From sequence record MT491208.1: a stretch of 62,537 bases of DNA; one strand, 5' to 3'. The translations under genes and the position numbers were made by a program. Shown in pieces: positions 55,759-62,537 of the stretch. The notes beneath the pieces are model-generated. The model did not search any database. It saw nothing but the letters and a program-made list of their open reading frames with translations, and was not told the origin of the DNA. The number at the start of each line of letters is the position of its first letter. The stretch's first letter is position 1. This stretch comes from Pseudomonas phage vB_PaeM_USP_25.

Positions 55759-56041
55759 GTCGAACGCGCAGAAGTGCCGCGAGTACCGCAAGCGCCAGGG
55801 CAAGGCGATCAGCCTGCCCATGCCGCCAGCCACGGAGCAGGCTCTTTCCGACCTGATGGCCTGGCACGACTTCGAGGACCAGCGCGAAGCTGTGGCCACC
55901 ATGATTCACCGCTTGCACGAGCTGGGACCGGAAGGCTCTGCCGCGATGCTGGCGGTGAAGGCGCACCGATACGAGCCTAGCGACGAGATAGTCACGCGCC
56001 TGTTCGTCGAGGGCGCGCGCTCGCACGGTGACGACCGATGA
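55751..56041 (+). CDS. hypothetical protein (96 aa)
   Basis: ATG overlapping the upstream gene end; coding-like. Confidence 0.4.
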   Translation: MAKSNAQKCREYRKRQGKAISLPMPPATEQALSDLMAWHDFEDQREAVATMIHRLHELGPEGSAAMLAVKAHRYEPSDEIVTRLFVEGARSHGDDR

Positions 56042-56286
56042 AGTGGACACGCGCCGGCATGCACGCCGAGTCGAGCGACACGATCCCGCCTTATGTCGTG
56101 ACGCGATACCGCATCGAAGGGGTAGCGCAGTTTCGCCCGAGCTTCAAAGGCGAGTTCCTGACATTCCCGGTCCCCACCGCAAAAGAGGCTAAAGCAATCT
56201 GTGAACGACATCATTCGATCAACCAGGAAGCGAGGAACGCCAGTGACGAAAAAGAGCCTGCCGGACGCGAAGCGACACCGGCCTGA
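56038..56286 (+). CDS. hypothetical protein (82 aa)
   Basis: ATGA overlap; coding-like. Confidence 0.4.
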   Translation: MKWTRAGMHAESSDTIPPYVVTRYRIEGVAQFRPSFKGEFLTFPVPTAKEAKAICERHHSINQEARNASDEKEPAGREATPA

Positions 56287-56467
56287 CCCGCAGTACACCG
56301 CTGAGCTGGTGGAGCTGGCCAAGCAGCGCGCCGGCCTCAGCAGTCAGGCCGCCGTGGCGGAAAGAATCGGCGTGGGCCTATCCACGTTAAAGGACTGGAA
56401 AAGCGGCACGGCGAGCATGAGCTATCCCGACCAATACGCCCTTGAGCGGCTGGCCGGAGTGGTATGA
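56201..56467 (+). CDS. small HTH protein (start uncertain)
   Basis: C-terminal ...SQAAVAERIGVGLSTLKDWKSG is an XRE-like HTH; overlaps the upstream ORF. Confidence 0.35.
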   Translation: MNDIIRSTRKRGTPVTKKSLPDAKRHRPDPQYTAELVELAKQRAGLSSQAAVAERIGVGLSTLKDWKSGTASMSYPDQYALERLAGVV

Positions 56468-56499
56468 AAAGACTATCGCGCAGAAATAGAAAATAGGTG

Positions 56500-56529
56500 T
56501 TGCATATAGGCCGGTATCCGGCCTATTCT
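56500..56529 (+). promoter_or_regulatory. sigma70-like promoter TTGCAT-N18-TATTCT with GGCCGGTATCCGGCC spacer palindrome (family copy b)
   Basis: about 50 nt upstream of gene 56581; AT-rich upstream region. Confidence 0.55.
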
Positions 56530-56580
56530 GTGCGCGACACATAGAGACGGCGATCAACGCCGCAGTAGAGGGAGACACCC

Positions 56581-57066
56581 ATGATCGACGAACGCGCATA
56601 CAGCGCCGAGAAGCTAGTCGCGCCTGCGCCACTTCCGGTGGTCAGCCGCCGCGCCCTGAAGCGCATCAAACACCCCGCACCGATCCCGACCACCTGCAAC
56701 TGCTGCGGCGGACATCGTGTGGCGCTGGTCGAGAACAGCGAGATTTACCACGGCCGCAGCTACGGCGAATGGCCGTATGCCTACCTGTGCCGCGACTGTG
56801 GCGCCTATGTCGGCCTGCATCCCGTCACTGACATCCCGCTGGGCACCTTGGCAGACAAGCCGCTGCGCGATGCGCGCAACGCCTGCAAGCGCCCGTTTGA
56901 AATGATCTGGCGCAATGGCGCGATGACCCGCAAGGAAGCCTATGCCTGGCTGGCCAAGGGTCTCGGCCTCACTGCCGATGAATGCCACTTCGGCCTGTTC
57001 GACATCGAGCGCTGCCAGCGCGCCCGCGACCTGTGCAACGACTACCTGGAGGCTCGCCATGCGTAA
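56581..57066 (+). CDS. DUF3268-like zinc-finger protein
   Basis: CNCCGG...CRDCGAYVG...ACKRPFE...ECHFGLFDIERCQ Cys-rich pattern found in phage DUF3268 proteins. Confidence 0.5.
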   Translation: MIDERAYSAEKLVAPAPLPVVSRRALKRIKHPAPIPTTCNCCGGHRVALVENSEIYHGRSYGEWPYAYLCRDCGAYVGLHPVTDIPLGTLADKPLRDARNACKRPFEMIWRNGAMTRKEAYAWLAKGLGLTADECHFGLFDIERCQRARDLCNDYLEARHA

Positions 57067-57220
57067 GCAAGCCACCCGTAACGCGGATCTGATCGCCGCG
57101 CAGAAGAAGCGCCAGGCGCGCCGCGAACTGCTGATCGGCATTCCGGTGCTGATCGCCTTCGCGCTCACCTTCGCCTACGCCATTGTGGGCCTGATGACAC
57201 CGCTTCCCCCAGTGAATTGA
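57059..57220 (+). CDS. small membrane protein (53 aa)
   Basis: MRKQATRNADLIAAQKKRQARRELLIGIPVLIAFALTFAYAIVGL: basic N-terminus plus one TM helix. Confidence 0.4.
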   Translation: MRKQATRNADLIAAQKKRQARRELLIGIPVLIAFALTFAYAIVGLMTPLPPVN

Positions 57221-57266
57221 ACGGGTGCGCAGACGCCCAACTACCACGCCAAAAGAGGGTATTCCC

Positions 57267-57578
57267 ATGGCAATGAAGCAAGTTGAACTCCCGATGTTCC
57301 TGTTCCGCAAGGCGGACGGCACCGAGAAGCTGTGCCAGTACGACCACACCGATAACGGCAGAAACCAGTATTGGCTGAATGATCTGGGCGCCTGCATGGG
57401 GCGCGTGGTTGTCGTCGGCGAGTACGAGGACATCGAAGGCGATCCGCGCGAAAAGCTGATCGAGGGGCTGGAGAAGGCCGTCGAGAAAGAGCGCGTCGAA
57501 TCCCAGGTGCGCGTCAACCTGCTGCTGGAAAAGATCAGCCAGTTGAAGTGCCTGACGCACGACACCGCCGACCAGTAG
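57267..57578 (+). CDS. hypothetical protein (103 aa)
   Basis: RBS AGAGGG before ATG; coding-like. Confidence 0.45.
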   Translation: MAMKQVELPMFLFRKADGTEKLCQYDHTDNGRNQYWLNDLGACMGRVVVVGEYEDIEGDPREKLIEGLEKAVEKERVESQVRVNLLLEKISQLKCLTHDTADQ

Positions 57579-57596
57579 GCGGACTGTAGGTAGGTA

Positions 57597-57983
57597 ATGC
57601 GTATTCACTGCCGCTGCCGTGACTGTCGCAAGCGCACTACCCTGGCGCGGAACCCCGAGGAATACCGCGTCAGGAGCGTTTGCCACAACAAGCGCTGCAA
57701 GGCGCCTAACCCTACAGGTAGTGATCGCTGCTACGAGTGCCGCGCTGATCTCTACCTTGGGCCAAGGTGTGAGGGCTGCGGTGGCCGCCTCCGACTGGAC
57801 AAGGACGCCAACGCAAGGCCGTGGCGCAAGCAGCCAGTTTGCTACTGCGACGGCCACTGGTGGAGCGCCAAGGGGGCGCCCCATCGTCGCGGCAGCGGGC
57901 AGTGCGTCTACAACGAAAAGCTCTACGTCGAGAGCGAGCCAGGGGAGAACGATGCGCCGCAATCCGAATACCTGGCGTTTTGA
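57597..57983 (+). CDS. Cys-rich zinc-ribbon protein (128 aa)
   Basis: multiple CxxC pairs (CRCRDCRK, CHNKRC, CYECR, CEGCGG, CYCDGHWW). Confidence 0.45.
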   Translation: MRIHCRCRDCRKRTTLARNPEEYRVRSVCHNKRCKAPNPTGSDRCYECRADLYLGPRCEGCGGRLRLDKDANARPWRKQPVCYCDGHWWSAKGAPHRRGSGQCVYNEKLYVESEPGENDAPQSEYLAF

Positions 57984-58122
57984 TCTGGACCCGCGCGACC
58001 CTGACTACCTGGAGCCGCCCGAGCAGGTCGAAGACGACCAGGAACCCGAAGAAGACTGGCCAGCCGCCGACGATCCGCGCGGCGATGGGCCTTACCACTA
58101 CATCCCGCCCTACGAGCCGTAG
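57952..58122 (+). CDS. small acidic protein (56 aa)
   Basis: coding-like ORF overlapping the upstream gene end. Confidence 0.3.
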   Translation: MRRNPNTWRFDLDPRDPDYLEPPEQVEDDQEPEEDWPAADDPRGDGPYHYIPPYEP

Positions 58123-58154
58123 GGTGGGGCACAAGAACAGAGAGGGAGCATCCC

Positions 58155-58931
58155 ATGGGCATCGAATACATCGCCCGCGTCAACCCCAAATACTTCGCCG
58201 CCATCGAGCTGTTTGCGGCTGAGAAGGACGTTCGCTACTACCTGAACGGCGTGCGCATCGAGCCGCACCCGCAGCAGGGCGCCATCCTGGTTGCCACCAA
58301 CGGGCACCGCCTGGCCGTCATCCATGACCCGGACGGCTGGTGCAAGGAACCCATCATCGTCGGCGACATCCCGCGCGCCCTGGTGGCTGCCTGCAAGGTC
58401 AAGGGCAGCTTCTTGAAGCTCACCGAGCCTAAGCAGCTCTGGATCAGCAAGGGCGGCGCCGTGCTAATGGGACTCGGCGACACAGAGCCGCCGACCGATC
58501 CGTTCAACGCCGGTGCGCTGCACATCAACAAGATCGCCATCGTAGACGGCAAGTTCCCCGACTGGCGGCGCGTGATGCCGACGGAGCGGGCCGATAGCCT
58601 GGTGCGCTTCCCCGCAGTCAATCCCAAGTACCTGGCCGAGATACACACCGCCGCCAGCATCCTGGAGCCGAACCAGAAGAAGTGGGGCGGCGCGGTACGC
58701 CTGGAGGCGAAGGACGAGCAGTCGGTAATCGTCGCGCGCATCCTCGGAATCGACCTGCTGGAGCGATTCGTGTTGGTCATTATGCCGCTGCGCGAAATGG
58801 CGTCACCGAAAACCATCGTGCCGGCGTTCGCCATGGCGCCCGCCCAGGAAACCAAACCCAAAGCCAAGCCCCGCATTCGCCAGAACGAGCAAGGGGAATG
58901 GTCCCGCGTGGAGGAAGAAGCCCATGCCTAA
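58155..58931 (+). CDS. truncated DNA polymerase III beta sliding-clamp homolog
   Basis: DVRYYLNGV...LVATNGHRLAV and DGKFPDWRRVMP match DnaN domain-II motifs (DVRYYLNGM...VATDGHRLAV; DGRFPDYRRVLP); only 258 aa. Confidence 0.55.
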   Translation: MGIEYIARVNPKYFAAIELFAAEKDVRYYLNGVRIEPHPQQGAILVATNGHRLAVIHDPDGWCKEPIIVGDIPRALVAACKVKGSFLKLTEPKQLWISKGGAVLMGLGDTEPPTDPFNAGALHINKIAIVDGKFPDWRRVMPTERADSLVRFPAVNPKYLAEIHTAASILEPNQKKWGGAVRLEAKDEQSVIVARILGIDLLERFVLVIMPLREMASPKTIVPAFAMAPAQETKPKAKPRIRQNEQGEWSRVEEEAHA

Positions 58932-59508
58932 GATCGCTGAAAACATCCTGGCCGAGAACGAGAAGCTGCGTGGCTTGCTGCGTGAGTTCGCCGGTTCGTA
59001 TCGCGCTAGGCAGCCCGAGGAACTGCTATCACGCACAGACGCCGCCCTATCCCATCAGACCGAGCCGGAGTGCAGCTGGCCTACCTGCGAGTGCGCGCTT
59101 GATCTCGATAAGTGCAAGGTTCGGCAGGCCGAGCCAGCCACGGCGCAGGATGAGCGGGAGGCGGTGGAGGTGGTCGGATGGGTTGACCCTGAAAACATCG
59201 AACGCATGAAGCGTCGCGACCTGTGCGGGTTCATGATTGAAGAAAGGGAAGACTCGCGCAGGAGCTGCGCAGTTATGACCGTCGCCCAGCACGAACGCAT
59301 CGTGGCGTCGCTCACCCGCCCCGCGCAGACCGGGCAGCAGCCGGAGCAGAGCGGGCTGGTGGAGGCGCTGGAGTGGATCGTGTCAGCGGACTGGCAGAGC
59401 AGCGAAACCGCTACCGACTTCGCCATATCGCAGGCCAAGGGTTTTCTGATCCAGAAGATCAAGCAGCGTGCTCGGGATGCCCTATCCGCCCAAGGAGGCG
59501 CGAAGTGA
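58924..59508 (+). CDS. hypothetical protein (194 aa)
   Basis: coding-like; overlapping start. Confidence 0.4.
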   Translation: MPKIAENILAENEKLRGLLREFAGSYRARQPEELLSRTDAALSHQTEPECSWPTCECALDLDKCKVRQAEPATAQDEREAVEVVGWVDPENIERMKRRDLCGFMIEEREDSRRSCAVMTVAQHERIVASLTRPAQTGQQPEQSGLVEALEWIVSADWQSSETATDFAISQAKGFLIQKIKQRARDALSAQGGAK

Positions 59509-59918
59509 GCAGCGCTGAGCGCTTCACGCAGCACGAACTGCGCGAACACATGATCCAGATCCTGCCGTCACTGACGGAGGCGTATGTGGCTGAGAACGGG
59601 CCGATAGTCACGCTACCTCTTGAGCAGAAACGAGAGCTGAGCAAGCGGGCCTCGCAGCTGGTGGTCAGCTGCCCGGAGCGCAGAGCGGCACGCACGGCCG
59701 CCCCGAAGAAGCCGAAAGATCCAAACAAACCCCGGCGCAAGTCAGGCCCCAAGAAAGGGCCACGACCAGACACGCTGGCAAAGATCCGCCCACTGATGGG
59801 CCGAGGCTTGAGCATCGCCGAAATGATAAGGATTTCAGGGGTGGCGAGGAACACCATCTGTTCCGCCATTCGGGCAATCGAGCAAGAGGCGCACCAGCAG
59901 AAGGAACCCGAGCAATGA
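59505..59918 (+). CDS. hypothetical protein with C-terminal HTH
   Basis: GTG start after AAGGAGG; C-terminal ...GLSIAEMIRISGVARNTICSAIR is an HTH. Confidence 0.4.
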   Translation: MSSAERFTQHELREHMIQILPSLTEAYVAENGPIVTLPLEQKRELSKRASQLVVSCPERRAARTAAPKKPKDPNKPRRKSGPKKGPRPDTLAKIRPLMGRGLSIAEMIRISGVARNTICSAIRAIEQEAHQQKEPEQ

Positions 59919-60475
59919 GCAACAAATCATTGAAGGTCACGACATCGACCGTAACCAAGCTCTACATCGAAGGCGCCGCGAGCCTGGACCCGATCACCGT
60001 GTTCCTGGAGGACTTCGAGCCAAAGCGCGGAAAGATCACCGTGAGCTGCTGGGGCAAGAGCTGGACGGCCTACTGGGGCGGCATGTGGGACGGCATGAAG
60101 GTGGGCGAGTTCTTCACTCAACTGAACGCCCAATACATCATCGGCTACTTCTCACCCCAGCTCAGCAGTCGCAAGTTCAGCGGCGAAGCGCTGGCCGAGA
60201 AAGCGCGCAAGCAGATCCTCAAGAATCGCCGCGCGTTCGACCTGGACAAAGACGAGGCGCGCGAGCTGTACGACGAAGCCGACGATCTGGAGAACGCGCA
60301 ATCAGTTGACTACCTGTGGGGCGGCCACTCAGACCTGATGGCCCGACTGTTCGGCGATGAGTGGTGGTACGCGACCGACGACGCCACCGCGCCGAACCCC
60401 GACTACGAGTACCTGTGCCGGATCATTGCCGCTGTACAGCAGGCGCTTGCACAGCCGGCCCAAGGAGGCGAGTGA
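59915..60475 (+). CDS. hypothetical protein (186 aa)
   Basis: ATGA overlap; coding-like. Confidence 0.4.
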   Translation: MSNKSLKVTTSTVTKLYIEGAASLDPITVFLEDFEPKRGKITVSCWGKSWTAYWGGMWDGMKVGEFFTQLNAQYIIGYFSPQLSSRKFSGEALAEKARKQILKNRRAFDLDKDEARELYDEADDLENAQSVDYLWGGHSDLMARLFGDEWWYATDDATAPNPDYEYLCRIIAAVQQALAQPAQGGE

Positions 60476-60747
60476 TGCACGAGTTCCAGTTTCTCACCTT
60501 CGCGCAGGCGTCACGCGACAAGGCCAACGACGAGCTGACGGAAAAGATGCGCGACATCTTTCGCGTCGGTGTAAACGAAATCATCGTGGATGGCGCCGAG
60601 CGCCGCATGGTGGTCGAGGTGCGCCATATCTGTGATGGGGACCAGGCTGGCTATCTGCGCGTAATGCCCGTCAACGGCAAGCGAACCATCAGAAGCATGC
60701 GGACGGTTCACTGGACGCAGATCGACCGGGAGAGCGGCGATGACTGA
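60475..60747 (+). CDS. hypothetical protein (90 aa)
   Basis: AAGGAGG RBS before ATG. Confidence 0.45.
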   Translation: MHEFQFLTFAQASRDKANDELTEKMRDIFRVGVNEIIVDGAERRMVVEVRHICDGDQAGYLRVMPVNGKRTIRSMRTVHWTQIDRESGDD

Positions 60748-60979
60748 GCGCACCGCCGCGAACGCCACGCACGCGCTGGCCTGCCAGCACGTATGCAACT
60801 GGACCAAGAACTACAGCATGCCCTGCCACGTCTTGAAGACCATGCCTGATGGCCGTCTCAAGGTGCTGGTGTTCGGCGAGCGTCACTGGAAAGGGCGCGA
60901 GCACATCAGCCGCATCCGCTACGTGGAAGCTGGACGAGTGCGCGCCAAGGCACACCAGCAGGAGGAATCCAAGCAATGA
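60740..60979 (+). CDS. hypothetical protein (79 aa)
   Basis: overlapping start; coding-like. Confidence 0.35.
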   Translation: MTERTAANATHALACQHVCNWTKNYSMPCHVLKTMPDGRLKVLVFGERHWKGREHISRIRYVEAGRVRAKAHQQEESKQ

Positions 60980-61458
60980 GGAAGAAAGCCCCGAGCGGCG
61001 TTATCACCCTGCCGCGCTACCTGAGCCCGCCCCGTCGCCGCTACGTGACCCGCAGCGGCTCCATGTGGGGGCCGGAGACGGTCGCCCTGTGCTTTGCACT
61101 GACCCTGCGCAACCATGGCACCGTGGAGGCGGTTCGAGCTACAGCAAGGCGCCTGGTGCCGCTGGTGTGCATGGAGCACCAGCCGAACATGAAGAAGCTG
61201 GCGCGCGGCACGGACATCCCCGAGGACAAGACAATCCCTTGCGCCCTGGCGATCATCAACCGCGTGTGCAACCTGGTCGGCATTCGCCCCGACGTGGAGT
61301 TCCTGCCGAACCAGGAGCCGGAGCCGATAAAGCTGGTCGAGCCGCCCCGCTGCCACTTCAAGGTGATGCGCCTTGCCGGCTACCACAAGCACCGCCACTG
61401 GAAGTGCCAGCACTGTTCGCACACCAAGCCGCTACGTCCCGAGGATGTCGGCCAATGA
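60976..61458 (+). CDS. hypothetical protein (160 aa)
   Basis: ATGA overlap; C-terminal His/Cys cluster (HKHRHWKCQHCSH). Confidence 0.4.
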   Translation: MRKKAPSGVITLPRYLSPPRRRYVTRSGSMWGPETVALCFALTLRNHGTVEAVRATARRLVPLVCMEHQPNMKKLARGTDIPEDKTIPCALAIINRVCNLVGIRPDVEFLPNQEPEPIKLVEPPRCHFKVMRLAGYHKHRHWKCQHCSHTKPLRPEDVGQ

Positions 61459-61622
61459 AGACGCCAGCAGGAGCAACACACATTCTGGACGGCGCCTATT
61501 ACCGCAAGCGCCCCCAGGGAGGGGCGGACTTCTGGTGCGAGCAGGCCAAGCGCTGGGTCTACATGGAGGACCGAAGCGCCTACAAGGCGATCCGTGCGGG
61601 CAGGAGGATCGAGACGAAATGA
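61455..61622 (+). CDS. hypothetical protein (55 aa)
   Basis: ATGA overlap; coding-like. Confidence 0.35.
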   Translation: MKTPAGATHILDGAYYRKRPQGGADFWCEQAKRWVYMEDRSAYKAIRAGRRIETK

Positions 61623-61751
61623 TCCGCCCCACTTACTGCCGCACCAGCGGAAGGCGCATCGAGCAATGCAAGTGCTACCGCTGTTCCCCGGCGCCGAAAC
61701 CCAAGGCCAAACCGAATAAGGAATAAAAGCGACGAACGGTCATTCCGGCTA

Positions 61752-61781
61752 TTGCAATGCGGCCGGAATCCGGCCTATTGT
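61752..61781 (+). promoter_or_regulatory. sigma70-like promoter TTGCAA-N18-TATTGT with GGCCGGAATCCGGCC spacer palindrome (family copy c)
   Basis: 36 nt upstream of gene 61817; same architecture as copies a and b. Confidence 0.55.
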
Positions 61782-61816
61782 GTGCCTACGAATTAGGCAT
61801 CAATCAAGGGGGCAAC

Positions 61817-61993
61817 ATGGCAGGTCTATCAAGGGAGTACGCAGCTTACAAGCTCCGCTTTTGCGTGCGGCTCGCCAGGGAGGCGTCGTATGCGTCCTGG
61901 CAGGAGCTGGAGAGCCAGCGCAACGAGTACAGACGCATCCGTCGCGAGGCAATGCAGGATGCGCGTTACTGGCGCGACAAGCTCACCGCATAA
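61817..61993 (+). CDS. hypothetical protein (58 aa)
   Basis: AAGGGGG RBS before ATG; preceded by the promoter at 61752. Confidence 0.4.
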   Translation: MAGLSREYAAYKLRFCVRLAREASYASWQELESQRNEYRRIRREAMQDARYWRDKLTA

Positions 61994-62082
61994 CCCGCCG
62001 CCCTGCCGGTAGCGGGGCATCCCGAGAGCGCATTCCACCGAGTGCGCTGCCGAGATATCCAGAACACCAGAGGAAGCCCCCG

Positions 62083-62475
62083 ATGAAGAAAGAAGACCTG
62101 CCCCTGTACCACGTCGCGCTCGGTCGCGCGCTGCTGGTGGTGGCCGAGTTCCCGGACACCGAGGAAGGCGCCAAGCAGGCGAACGCCTACATGGAAGCGC
62201 ACCCAGGCATCGGCGTACTGGAGGCGAGGAACGGCCGCGTGATCCTGGCCAGCAACGAGGACAAGGGCGTCAAGCTGGACGGCCCCGTTCGCGGCCTGAC
62301 TTGCACCTGCTGCGGCTCCTACTTGAAGGGGCGCCAGTTCCACAACCAGGACACCGGCTACGGCCTGTGCAATGACTGCATCGACTACTGCGGTCGCCAC
62401 TTCGACGCAGACCAGTTCCAGCGCACCTATGGCCTGCGCGGCGCCCACTACGACATCCAGGAGCTGCCGGCATGA
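62083..62475 (+). CDS. hypothetical Cys-rich protein (130 aa)
   Basis: AGGAAG RBS; C-terminal CTCCGS...CNDCIDYCGRH zinc-binding-like pattern. Confidence 0.45.
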   Translation: MKKEDLPLYHVALGRALLVVAEFPDTEEGAKQANAYMEAHPGIGVLEARNGRVILASNEDKGVKLDGPVRGLTCTCCGSYLKGRQFHNQDTGYGLCNDCIDYCGRHFDADQFQRTYGLRGAHYDIQELPA

Positions 62476-62537
62476 AGATCGACCACCACTCCGACATCCT
62501 GAATGCCTACCTGTCGCGCCTGACCCTGGCCGACCTG
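62472..62537 (+). CDS. hypothetical protein, N-terminal part (continues into 1..204 if the genome is circular)
   Basis: ATGA overlap with the upstream gene; open to the window end; same phase as the ORF at the window start. Confidence 0.4.
   Translation, partial: MKIDHHSDILNAYLSRLTLADL

Noticed and set aside
1-62537. CRISPR arrays, rRNA genes, IS elements or transposase genes.
   Set aside because: No spaced direct repeats, no rRNA-like conserved segments and no transposase-like ORFs were seen. The only recombinase is the tyrosine integrase.

Overview
GC-rich window (about 65% GC) that reads as a complete temperate phage genome, probably circular or circularly permuted. The partial ORF at the window end (62472..62537) continues in-frame into 1..204. 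Gene order is: small early and anti-restriction genes with a Lar-like zinc-finger protein; terminase small and large subunits; portal; scaffold; major capsid; head and tail structural genes, including a RyR-domain protein and a CsrA-like protein; a beta-propeller tail protein of lower GC; a 1345-aa repeat-rich tail protein; further tail proteins; ejection-protein candidates; a 4899-aa multidomain polyvalent virion protein (ParB-like nuclease, N6-adenine DNA methyltransferase, SNF2 helicase, two HExxH domains, ART-like domain, C-terminal TM region); a lysis cassette (holin, SAR-type GH24 endolysin, Rz with nested Rz1); an attP-like region with a tRNA 3' fragment; a tyrosine integrase; a leftward recombination operon (Xis, SSB, DUF4406, DnaQ-like exonuclease, YqaJ-like exonuclease, ERF); a cI-like repressor and Cro with operator repeats; NinG, replication proteins, a Rha/KilAC antirepressor, a truncated beta-clamp homolog and many small early genes. 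The organisation resembles Bcep22-like lambdoid podophages with a giant DarB-like virion protein; this is a recollection, not a search result. Most notable: (i) an alternative-frame ORF with a strong coding signature lies inside a stretch of the giant gene where the annotated frame loses its codon signature; (ii) a probable frameshift fuses two ejection-protein ORFs at a G5 run; (iii) two families of short repeated regulatory motifs.
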